This document shows positions 1 to 13,478 of a stretch of 64,000 bases of DNA, piece by piece. The position numbers and the translations under genes were made by a program. Position 1 is the stretch's first letter. Every line of letters starts with the position of its first letter. The stretch spans positions 310,001-374,000 of the forward strand of contig NC_027220.1 in assembly GCF_000981445.1 (NCBI RefSeq), written 5' to 3'. This stretch comes from Babesia bigemina. Taxonomy: Eukaryota. The notes below the pieces were generated by a model, which saw nothing but the letters and a program-made list of their open reading frames with translations, had not been told where the DNA came from and ran no database searches.

Positions 1-974
1 TCGAGCGCCAGTTCATCGAGATACATAGCCCCAAACTGCTGGGAGGTACCAGTGAAGGCGGGTGCAACGTGTTTAAGCTGAAATACTTCGACAACGACGC
101 TTGTCTCGCTCAATCCCCGCAACTCTACAAGCAACTGGCGGTTGTGGGCGACTTCCGTCGGGTGTTTGAAATAGGTATAGTTGGCGGCTAATATTGCATG
201 TAAACATAACTTCGCAGGCCCGGTTTTCAGAGCGGAGAACAGCAACACCCATCGCCACCTTTGCGAGTTCGTAGGTCTGGACATGGAGATGGAGTTCAAG
301 GATTCGTACATGGAGGTGGTGGACATGATCGACGACATGCTGAAGAGCATTTTCGAGGGCGTTACCAAGCAGCGTAAAGAGGAAATGGAGATATTCGGGA
401 AGATGCACCCGTCAGTGGAGCCATTGAAGTGGCTGGAACAAACGCCTCGTCTTCGCTTCACCGAGGTTGGCCGAATCTGGTTTGACATGACATCTTTCAG
501 GCCGTGGAAATGTTGCGGGGGACCGAGTTGGCGTCCGAGATACCCGACGACATATCCTCGTACGACTTCTCCACCGAGCAAGAAAAGCGCCTCGGACGCC
601 TGGTGCGGGAGAAGTACAACACTGACTACTACATCATCTACGAGTACCCGCTCAACGCGAGGCCGTTCTACACGATGCCGCTGGAGCGGGATGGCATGAT
701 GTTCACGCACAGCTACGACTTCTTCATGCGCGGGGAGGAGATACTGTCCGGCGCCCAGCGCATACACAACCCGGAACTGCTGCTGCGCCGGGCGAAGGAG
801 TGCGGCATCGACCCCAAGACCATATCAAGCTACATAGAGGCATTTAAGATGGGTGTTTCCCCGCACGCGGGCTGCGGTATCGGGTTGGAGCGCGTGGCCA
901 TGCTTCTGCTTGGCACCGGCAACATCCGCAAAACTTCGTTGTTCCCCAGGGACCCCAGGCGCCTCACGCCGTGA
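1..974 (+). CDS. DARS: Aspartyl-tRNA synthetase (cytosolic type), 3' portion; 5' end lies outside the window
   Basis: Spliced reading gives [10 protein letters not shown], class II motif 2 ([21 protein letters not shown]), [18 protein letters not shown] and motif 3 ([12 protein letters not shown]). GT-AG introns at 175-217 and 466-500 join the ORF-track fragments; stop TGA at 972-974. Confidence 0.96.
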
Positions 975-988
975 TGTCGCACGTAGTA

Positions 989-3892
<2,904 letters not shown>

Positions 3893-5006
3893 CCTATAAG
3901 AGCGGTCCGCCTATGTCTGCCTGGGCAGACTCATTGCCGTAGATTCCGTCCGTCGGCGCGAACGGTATAGGCTGCCAACACAGTCGGTCACAGTTGCAAC
4001 ACATCAAATGAAAGTTGCGAAATGGCGATGGAAGGTTGCGTAACAGAAGCCAGAAAACCGATTAAGCGGCCTTCCGCCCACCACTGCGCGCGACGGAAGA
4101 GCAACGATGCGCGCCGATATATTGCCTACCAGTGATCAAAAGTTATTAAAGGTATTCCCGTATTGCATTGTGAGAAATTATACCGTTGTCTTATGATTAG
4201 CAGCTGATTTCTGATGCAATAAACCGTCATAATATTTGTATCTGCTGGTGGACACGGCCTTGCGTGCAGACAAATGGCGAATATGAAGGCTCACATACAT
4301 GCGTTATACACATGTTTATTTGACAGTTTCCTACGAGCAGCCTAACGCGGCAGACAGTCTATTTGGCGTAGGTCGCAGGCGTTGATGTCGACGTACTACT
4401 CCTAAGCGTGGAAAGGCGAAATTTTCATGCTGTTGGTTTGACAAATATCTTGTGATCGTAAATCATGATTCTGCTCTCACACCGCATATCCATGCTTGAA
4501 CGTACCACCGGTCCAGCATGAAGTAGACGTCATGATTACAGTGATGCTGTAAGTGACCTGAAGCGTGTACACAGGCCCATTTGGAACCATTTACCTCCAA
4601 ATAGTTGTAATGTGTGACACAAATGGCTAGCAATTTTCTATTACGGCCTGCAAATGCAGCTAAAATACATTTATGTCATACTCACTTCTGCTCACCTGAA
4701 TCGAGCAATGGAGTACGCATTCTACATGTAATGATGATCATGGGCACATATATCCGGTAAATTACCCATGTGAAGTGGCGCAACTAACCAAACGTTGGAC
4801 AACATCTGGTGTGTAAGGGTCTCAGCCACCGTCACCATACCTCAGCCGGTAAGCAGCACATCGGTAAAATTCGCGTAATGAACGCAATAGGAGTTAATCA
4901 GAATTGCGTTGGAATATGCGCTGGTGTATCATAAGACACATGAATGATGTGACCGTTACACGGTGCAGACAGCACATGATTCGAGGCGGCTTTTAGGACT
5001 GTAGAC

Positions 5007-8000
5007 ATGAGCATCACCGGCCTAAGCACTGACCGCGCGGCCAGCCACCGCAGCCTGCAGGTTATTGCGGAGGTCAAATGTGTAGTGCGAGAGCTCGTGG
5101 AGAACGCCATCGACGCCGGAGCGAACGACATCGGTGTGTTTAACCGCTTTTGATAAACAACGCCTGCAGCCGTCAAACTGATCGATTACGGCACTACATC
5201 CATCCGTGTGGTTGACAATGGTCGTGGCATAAAGGAATCCAACTTCGAACAGCTGGGTGGGTAACTGGCTCCTCTTCGTGACTAGGTTGCAGCGCTTCGC
5301 AACACGACGTCCAAAATCCAGAACTTCGAAGATATCTTCACGAAGCTCAACAGCCATGGGTTCAGGGTACGGTTGATTACGTCTCGTCAGTAATGCCGAA
5401 TCCGCAGGGGGAGGCGCTAAACTCAATCGCAAATGTCGGCGTGCTCGATGTGGTGACTCGCGTCGCCGAAGAGGACATGGGATGGGAGTTGAAGTTCAAA
5501 TCGGACGGAACGCTGCGTGAAAAGAACATGGTGGCGACGAAGGTCGGTTGCGCATGCTGTGATGTGGCAATTGGTTGCAGGTGGGAACTACGGTAACATG
5601 CCGCAATCTTTTTGAGCCGTACCCCGTTCGGCGCAACCTTCTGCTCAAAAACGCTAAATCACAAATACCTGGCAGCGTTGGAATCGTGCAGCAATACGCC
5701 CTGATCCATCCGGAGATACGCTTTGCCGTCTCCAACGTCTCATCCTCCAGCTACCAAATGCAGAGCCTCTTTACGAGCCCGGGGAGCTGCAATACTATCC
5801 GAGAGGTTTCAGAGCAGATTTTTGGCTCCAACTTCGTGAAAAACGTAGTTGATGTTTCGCTCAGCGGCGATGGGTGGAGCGTTGAGGGGGTAATCAGCAC
5901 GCCGCAGACGGGGCGACAGAGCAAGGACATACAGATCCTTTTCGTGAACCGTCGCCCGGTTGACGAAATGAAGAAGATTAAAAGGTGCCTAAAGGAGGTG
6001 CATCGCCAGTTCTCGAGCAGGAACAACGTCGCCTATGTCCTGAACCTGACTATCGATTGCCATCAAGTCGACGTCAACCTGGCACCGGACAAACGCCGCC
6101 TATTCTTGATGCAGGAGGAAATTATAACCCAGCAGCTGAAGGAACGGATGGTGGATCTGTATATGATGAAAATGGCGAAGGGATCTCTTGTAAACGACCC
6201 ACTGTCATTAAAGCAGATGCAGTTCAGCATCTCAGGTGACATGGAACACGGCGACAAGGCGGTGTCTCGCGGAAGTAGCGACGAGTTCAATAGTCGTACC
6301 CACAGCGTAGATAAGGCTACGCAAAGTGCGTCAAGCAAAGGTGAGTCCATGGCTGGGATGCTAACTTCGCAAGGAACAAACCAACCGGCAGCACGGGGTG
6401 ATCTGGTCTTACAGTCACGACTTGGGCTGACCACTGGCGCCTTTCAACAAACAACCTCTAAACTGTCAGAAATGCAACACAACACATATGGTGACGGGGA
6501 TGCATCCGAGGCAGTCAATTCTGCCTTCATAGCCCTGGAAACGGCTCGGAGTGGAGAGGGCATTATGTCGAAACAGTCAGCAGGGAGGCCCGCATCCGTA
6601 CGTTTCAGGGAAACAACATCGCATCAGCAAATGCTCGACTCTTATATCATGATGCCAAATCATAACACAAAGCCATCTACGGAACACATGGGCACAGGCG
6701 GGTATGAAAGTGAACCACGGAACGACCACAGCGATGCGACCCTAGTAGATACCCACGACGAACTAAATGGAACAATACAACCAACTGTGCAAAGCAATAT
6801 GCCAATTCGTTCCCAAGGATCGGCTGTTGGAACAAAGTCGTCACAGATGGACATGCACCTGGACTACAAGGACACCATCAGTAACCAAAGGTCGACAGAT
6901 ACACGAGGTAATGCAGGCGTATCGCACTTGCACATGGCAGGTGAGACGAATGTGGAAGTTGACGGAGACACTGAAACGTATAACCGATCATCCAGGCCGG
7001 AAAGCGCAAGGAGCTCTGACCCTCAAGCTTCTAATGACAACAGTTTACAGGGACATGATGACGTTAAACTGGACGACAGTGTTAATATATCATCGCAGGG
7101 AGTTGCTACTCAGGAGTCGGTAAGCGAGGGCTGCTTCTTCAACGACGACACCCTTAAAGTGAACATGGCACGCCTTTACAACGACAATATGTGCACCACG
7201 ATCAGTCAGCGCACGTTAAATAGAAACAACTACAGTGAAAATGTGCCTATGCTCAGCGATTATGGAATGATGGACCCGAAGGTATTTCTGAGGATGAAGG
7301 TGTGCGGCCAATTCAATAACGGGTTCATCGTCGCCAAACTGGAGGGAACCGAACTGCACACAGAGGAAATACAGTACTCGGTATACCTTATCGATCCACA
7401 CGCAGCGGACGAGAAAACGAAGTAAGTGCGCTTTTGAGTTACGCTAACCCCCTCAGGTTCGAGCAGTACAACGCCAGCGTAAAAATACACAAACAACCCC
7501 TGGTACACCCGCGAAGAGTGGATCTATCCCCATTCCATCAGCAAGTAGGTCATTGGCGCAGACGTGCTAATGCCGCCTTAGGTTGTGCTGGCCAACATAG
7601 AGCTGCTGAAGGAGAACGGGTTCGATGCTTTCTTGGTCCCGAAGACCGAGCCCTCGGATGAACCAAAAGCAGCAGTGCAGGAACCGGGAATCTATCTGCG
7701 CTCCTTCCCACAATTGATGGGTCAAATACTGGGCGAAGAAGATTTCGTATCTTTCGTGCATGATCTGGCTCAAAACGGGGTCGCAGCGCCTAAGGATAAC
7801 AAATCCAGCGATGCACGGCAATTTCTCTGGGGCAGCAACACGATATTGCCGCGCCCCAAGCGCATCTGGAACATTTTGGCAACCAGGTATTTTTCATGCC
7901 ATCGTTCATGACGTTGCTTGTAGAGCCTGCAAAGACGCAGTCAAGCTCGGAGAGCCACTGTCTCTTAAACAAATGGAGAAGATAAAGCGCGGACTCGCCA

Positions 8001-8092
8001 GTCTGATACACCCCTGGAATTGCCCGCATGGACGGCCGACAATGAAGTGTCTGATAACCACGGAGCAGATGAAGAAAATCATAAACGGCTAG
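5007..8092 (+). CDS. PMS1: MutL-family mismatch repair endonuclease PMS1/PMS2 (multi-exon)
   Basis: ATG at 5007. GHKL motifs VRELVENAIDAGA, VVDNGRGI and GFRGEAL (spliced); transducer motif VDVNLAPDKR; C-terminal GQFNNGFI, DPHAADEKTK|FE, ACK and HPWNCPHGRPT. Several short GT-AG introns. Confidence 0.95.
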
Positions 8093-8401
8093 ACAGAGCT
8101 GCCACTGGAGGCAACGAATGCATACGCGCAACTCAGATGAAGTTTTACGTAGTATGCATGTAGATTTGTACATCGGAGCCGAGTGTCGGTGTGTATGCTG
8201 CGTACCGGCCTTCGGCGGCGCCCTGTGCCAGGTGACGTTGCTGCGTGATTCGGGCTGCCCTTTCAGTCAATATTGACAATACAATTCGTGTTTTGTGGTA
8301 TTTCAAATGAAATACCGGCTAATTTGTTGCACAATCTGGTGCACGGCTCGTGAATGATGGCCAGGACTGGCAGCCTTTTCGCCCAAAGCTAGGTTAGAGA
8401 A

Positions 8402-11400
8402 ATGGCCTCCTGCGAGCCACAGCCGTGGCTCCACGAGTTCAGGAGGTGCCTGAAATCGCTGAAGAATCCCGAGGAATATGTCAGCTTCGCTCTTTCGTAC
8501 AACCCTCATGAGCAGCTCCTGCGCGACCCTCCTGTTTCTGCCCAGGGCCACGATAGGCGGAAACGGTTGGAATCTACGACGAGAAAATGCAGGGACGGCT
8601 CGATGTGCAGCGGTATAGTTACCCCGAGCGTCACCGATGTGTACAATTGTGGCACCTCCGCATTCGTGAGGAGCCGTGATGTCCAGTTAGACCTTTCAAA
8701 GGTTTACCTGCTGCTTTCCAACGCGAAGGATGTCTCTGCGAAGGGATACCCCAGCGGATATTCGGGAGCAAGACTCCACAATGCTGTTGTGTCTTCGACG
8801 CGGAGTGATTCCGGAGAGAGCGACGACGATGGATTCAACTCCAGCAATATAGGAGATGACCATGGCAAACAAACGTCACTTTTAGATCATGTTGTGAGGA
8901 GATTTGAACGCTATGTAGTGATCTGCATGGCGCTTGCTGAGCAGTTTCCCTTCGAGCATGCATCATACCAACATTCGCCGGACGTGGACCTTGCGGGGTC
9001 GGATAAACGAGAGAAACGCCTGTTGCGCCGATCGCTGACTAACTTCAGGATAAACCCAGGGGACTATCGCAATCTAAGGGGGGTGTCTGATCCGGTGAAG
9101 GAAGTTGAAACAGTTACTGCGGACCTCAATGTTGTTACGACCTTGAGTTGGCCATTTTACAGGGATGCCACGTGCGACGATATCTTCAAACTCCTCTGTT
9201 ACTCCTTGATGAGGGGTAATTTCCAGGCCTTTGATATCATTCTGCAGAATAGCGAACCGTGCATATTGGAGCATGTCAAGGAGAGTTGGTCAGTATTGCT
9301 CAGTTACGTTCCCATAGTGGGGGATTACAGAAGGTGCAGAGACCTTTTAGGGACTGTCTTCAGTATATCAGAGCAAGTATCGGATGAAGATTGTAGCAAA
9401 GTGATTGACTGGGTACTGTGGAGGACATACGTGATACTGGAGGTAACGAAGTGCTCGTTCCACGTCGCCCTAAAATTCCTTAAGACCATGGCCGTACTTT
9501 TGAACAAGATCCAAACTACTAGCGCGATTGTACGATCCAAGTTGTATTTGTTCCGATCTCTTCTGTCTCTGATGAAGCAGTACATCATTTATGTCAGTTT
9601 CAAGACTGGGTCCGTTATGACTGTTAAGGAAATCGAGGCGTCAAGCTGCCTCTCCTACCTTGGGTTCCTCCAGCTAAAAGCTAGTGAACGACTTCAACTG
9701 TTCATAGAATGCATCGAAATGCCAATCCTCGGCCAGGAAAGTTGCGTGTGTGAAGACAGGTACAGGGATAAGTATGGCATATACAAGGTGTGCCTGCACT
9801 GCAAGACCGTTAACGCCACAAACGTAATGACTGTATTCTTCCGGTTGCAGTGTATCAACGAAGACATTAGCGATGTAGACAATGCTTTCTGTGGGCTATC
9901 CGAGGAGTTCGGAGTTTTCTTCGCAGAGCTGAAACGATGCGCGAACACTAGTAGCACAGAATGCATGGAGGGCCTGTATCAAACCTTTGATGGTGAAATA
10001 AGCACAGATCTCTTCGAGACCCTGTATGCGCTAACAAATGCGCTACTGGTGTCCGGGCACCGCGAAGTGGCATGCAACACGGTTTTCCGCTTACTGTTCG
10101 ACCGCAGCTCTCGTTATAACCTTTTGGAGAACTACTTCGTATATAAGTCGATTTTCTCCCTGTTTGGCATAACCAACGATGCTTCGGACGATGGTAATGC
10201 AGCTGTGCTGGCCCATGAAGCAAGTCGGACAGCAAATGTGGGTAATTCGTGCCTACAGAGATTGTCCAGGGATCACACTACCGCGTGCAGCTACAGCAGG
10301 TCGGAACCTGCCGACCCGGATTACCTGGATTTCATTAGAACTAGGAATAGTGGGGATGGGAAAGTAACGTTGGCATTGGTTTTGAAGGCGGTCAGGTGTC
10401 AGCTCAACTTCATGGAGGCTGTGCTGAATTTAATGTCCATAATGCGAATGTTGCCCCTGAATTTTTCGAAGTTGCATATCGGAATAGCTGAACTCACAGA
10501 AGCGCTCTGTGACCAGGACAGGGCCGCCTCGCTTATTCAGAAGATTCTCGTACGTATAATTGACAAACGCCCGTCCGTGGATGACTTTCGCATGTGCATA
10601 CATGCCCTGCAGGACATCGCCGCACATATCAACGGGTTATCTCTGCAAGACTTGCACATGATGTTCTTCTTCACCATATGCATCTCTTCTAGCGAGGTAG
10701 GGTACTTGGATGCGCAAATCCAAGTCTGGTTCGCCTCTTCGAGCAAGGGAATAGACAAGATCGGGATGTTCCTCATGGCCTCACTGTCTGCTGTGAAGGC
10801 TGTAATCTACAGGTTAAGTGGCGAGCAACACGTGAACTTCGCAATGGCTAAGCTGGTCACTGAATTATCGCACGGGCTTCATGAGGGGGCAGCCGACTGG
10901 AAATATCTCAAGCACCCAATTTACGAATCGGCCATAAAAATGCACGAAATGATACAAGTATACCTGGACTTTTTAGGCATCGATTGGGATGGGAACCTAG
11001 TAAATGAGGGTGGCAGCGTTCTCAGTTTCATAGAGAGTGGCGACAACGTGCAGTACATTCCTGACTATGAAATAATCATCAGCGATATCAGGCGCTTGGG
11101 GATGTTCCAAAGAATATCTACAGTTGCAACTACCACCTCCCTGTTCTCCAGTAATGTGCAGGGGAAGCACAAGAAGTTGGGCTACAACCTATACAACAAC
11201 AAAACCGAACTAATGGAGCATGCACTCAGCAGCCTGGCTGCCTGCTACTTAGAAAGTGCCGAAAAGGCGTCGCCGGACACCGAGACATATTGGGAGTGCC
11301 GTATTTTTGCATCAATCTTGCGCGGTGCATATATGGACGGCGGGGAAGGTTTTGTGTACGGTGAAGGCCAAATGACAAAGCGATTGTGCCAAATTCGTGA

Positions 11401-13294
11401 TGACGCCTTACTGGTGCTACCGGCGAAAGCACGCAAGGATATTCTAGCGATGTTGGGGTTGATACTTAATCTCGTACAGGAAAGCCAGTCGCATGGAAAC
11501 GCTGAGAGCTCGGCAGTGGAAAGCGCCGCAATGTCCGTGTTGATGTGGCGACTACTAGCTTCATCGTATGTTAGGTCGGCTGATTTCGGAGGCCTGGCAA
11601 AACTGTGTGCACAGTTTGCTAACGATGAACTCCCTGCATTCATTAGGTTTTTGAAGGAGAACACGTTCCACATTGCACCGATACAGCTTGATTCGGCAAG
11701 TGAAGCATCCGACTTGTGCGCCTCGAGCATCACACTCTTCGAGGTCATCACAGGACCTGACTGTGACACGGAGTCGACGCAGAATGCAGGAAATGAACTG
11801 GTCGTGAACGATTTTGTGTTACGAAACTGCATTCTTAAGCTGCTGGGCAAGGTTAATTTGGCCAAGATCGAGGTATGCCAGCCGGACAAAATGAAAATTT
11901 CGTTCGACAAACTGGCGCATCGTTTCACCGGCAACACTGCCAGCGTGCTGCTGAGCAAGGCTCTGGGTAAGGCGGAAACCGGGCTCTCTTCCATTAACTT
12001 GAAGAAGATGCAGTTCGAGACTCTGAAAGGCAAATTCTTTTCATCCGCTAAGAAAAGCACGGATATCTTTGACGGCCGTTTCCTACCCGTTTTGAATTTC
12101 TACAACACGGCGGTTTTGTGCATCACAGATTACGACTTCTCCGATCCTGCCAAAGTAGGGGACGGGAAGGCCGACGACCAAGACGTGATACGGTGGCGCT
12201 CAGTTGTGCGTTTTGACGTTGTCCAACTGCTACGCGTGGACGTCGAGCTAGGTGTCATGATGATGCTTGAAATGTGCAACTTCACGATGAACATCTTGTT
12301 TATCGAGCAGATGCACAAGATATTCCACAACATCAATGTACATCTGTGCATGCGCATTATACAGGTCTTGCGTTCGCGTCTCAGCAAGCTGGGTTGGCAT
12401 CAATCGCTGATTGCACATCTGGAATCCATAGAGGGATTTCTGTCACTCTTCCTCGTTTTCCCAGGTGAGGTTGACATTTACATCGGTCGCTTCATAGCGA
12501 GCTCAACCTACCGGGCGGATTTCTTTGCACAAGTGGCCGAGTACGTCCTGGAAGATGTCAATGCGTTCTTGCAGATTTATAAGTGTCTCGATGCCCTGTT
12601 CTCGTGTAAGGAGGCTGACAGAGAATCGTCTCCCAGCTTTAACGCGCCACTAGGACTCGGAGATCTGACGAACGCACTATGGACGAACATATGTCTCCCA
12701 GAGCACCACTGCAGGATTACGGATCCGCTAATCGTTAGCGAATATGTCAGCATCCTTCTTCAGTCGTTGGAGAAGACATTCTGGGCCTCCGATCCGGATG
12801 ATCTCTTGGATAAGATTAGGTCTATTGAGCCAGAGTTCCTAAATTTTGGCGCGCAGTATCGCAACTGTTTGCTCTCCATGTACGACTGCTACGTGCAGAA
12901 ACGAATGCACAAACCGGGCAATTGGCTGTGCTGGAGAAAGCTTGTTTACAGGTACTTGCAGGTGTATCCTGAAGAAGAAACCTTTTTCGGCGACCTCTTC
13001 AGGCCCGCGTCGAATGAAGTGTTGAGGCTCCTGGAGGTCGTCGAACGCACCACCGACGGTTTCGACATCACGGAGGTCGACGACTTCGATATGTTTAAAA
13101 GGCAGCTGCTGCGTAAGGTTAACGTCCGCAACTACTTCGAGATCGTCAACGCAATGCGACATGTCGACGGGGAAGCGGCAAAGGTCCTCCTGGAATTCGT
13201 CCGCAGCGACATTCACGGCGCTGAGTACGTGACCGGGTTCAATGCGGCGCGTGCGCTGCACAGTCTCGACGTGGAGACAGCCTCGCGGTGGTAG
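8402..13294 (+). CDS. 1630-aa single-exon alpha-helical protein; candidate divergent Sec39/NBAS (NRZ/Dsl1 tether subunit)
   Basis: Uninterrupted 4.9-kb ORF. Segments resemble the NBAS Sec39 region in order: GNFQAFDIIL...WSVLLSYVP...RDLL, VIDWVLWRTYVI...ALKFL, and late VDIYIGRFIASSTYRADFF. The CDS itself is solid; the family call is inference. Confidence 0.75.
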   Translation: MASCEPQPWLHEFRRCLKSLKNPEEYVSFALSYNPHEQLLRDPPVSAQGHDRRKRLESTTRKCRDGSMCSGIVTPSVTDVYNCGTSAFVRSRDVQLDLSKVYLLLSNAKDVSAKGYPSGYSGARLHNAVVSSTRSDSGESDDDGFNSSNIGDDHGKQTSLLDHVVRRFERYVVICMALAEQFPFEHASYQHSPDVDLAGSDKREKRLLRRSLTNFRINPGDYRNLRGVSDPVKEVETVTADLNVVTTLSWPFYRDATCDDIFKLLCYSLMRGNFQAFDIILQNSEPCILEHVKESWSVLLSYVPIVGDYRRCRDLLGTVFSISEQVSDEDCSKVIDWVLWRTYVILEVTKCSFHVALKFLKTMAVLLNKIQTTSAIVRSKLYLFRSLLSLMKQYIIYVSFKTGSVMTVKEIEASSCLSYLGFLQLKASERLQLFIECIEMPILGQESCVCEDRYRDKYGIYKVCLHCKTVNATNVMTVFFRLQCINEDISDVDNAFCGLSEEFGVFFAELKRCANTSSTECMEGLYQTFDGEISTDLFETLYALTNALLVSGHREVACNTVFRLLFDRSSRYNLLENYFVYKSIFSLFGITNDASDDGNAAVLAHEASRTANVGNSCLQRLSRDHTTACSYSRSEPADPDYLDFIRTRNSGDGKVTLALVLKAVRCQLNFMEAVLNLMSIMRMLPLNFSKLHIGIAELTEALCDQDRAASLIQKILVRIIDKRPSVDDFRMCIHALQDIAAHINGLSLQDLHMMFFFTICISSSEVGYLDAQIQVWFASSSKGIDKIGMFLMASLSAVKAVIYRLSGEQHVNFAMAKLVTELSHGLHEGAADWKYLKHPIYESAIKMHEMIQVYLDFLGIDWDGNLVNEGGSVLSFIESGDNVQYIPDYEIIISDIRRLGMFQRISTVATTTSLFSSNVQGKHKKLGYNLYNNKTELMEHALSSLAACYLESAEKASPDTETYWECRIFASILRGAYMDGGEGFVYGEGQMTKRLCQIRDDALLVLPAKARKDILAMLGLILNLVQESQSHGNAESSAVESAAMSVLMWRLLASSYVRSADFGGLAKLCAQFANDELPAFIRFLKENTFHIAPIQLDSASEASDLCASSITLFEVITGPDCDTESTQNAGNELVVNDFVLRNCILKLLGKVNLAKIEVCQPDKMKISFDKLAHRFTGNTASVLLSKALGKAETGLSSINLKKMQFETLKGKFFSSAKKSTDIFDGRFLPVLNFYNTAVLCITDYDFSDPAKVGDGKADDQDVIRWRSVVRFDVVQLLRVDVELGVMMMLEMCNFTMNILFIEQMHKIFHNINVHLCMRIIQVLRSRLSKLGWHQSLIAHLESIEGFLSLFLVFPGEVDIYIGRFIASSTYRADFFAQVAEYVLEDVNAFLQIYKCLDALFSCKEADRESSPSFNAPLGLGDLTNALWTNICLPEHHCRITDPLIVSEYVSILLQSLEKTFWASDPDDLLDKIRSIEPEFLNFGAQYRNCLLSMYDCYVQKRMHKPGNWLCWRKLVYRYLQVYPEEETFFGDLFRPASNEVLRLLEVVERTTDGFDITEVDDFDMFKRQLLRKVNVRNYFEIVNAMRHVDGEAAKVLLEFVRSDIHGAEYVTGFNAARALHSLDVETASRW

Positions 13295-13478
13295 CGGCGC
13301 GACACGCCGGCAACAACAACGCATCTAAGCTAATATAGAACTGTAGTGGGTTGTATACATGCAGTTGTCCCACGCTGGACACGCGGGGAGCTTGCGACCG
13401 AATAGATGTGCAAAATCTAGCTTAGCAACATAGTCCACATTTCATGACCTAGAGTGTGCATTTGAGAGTATGGTACAT

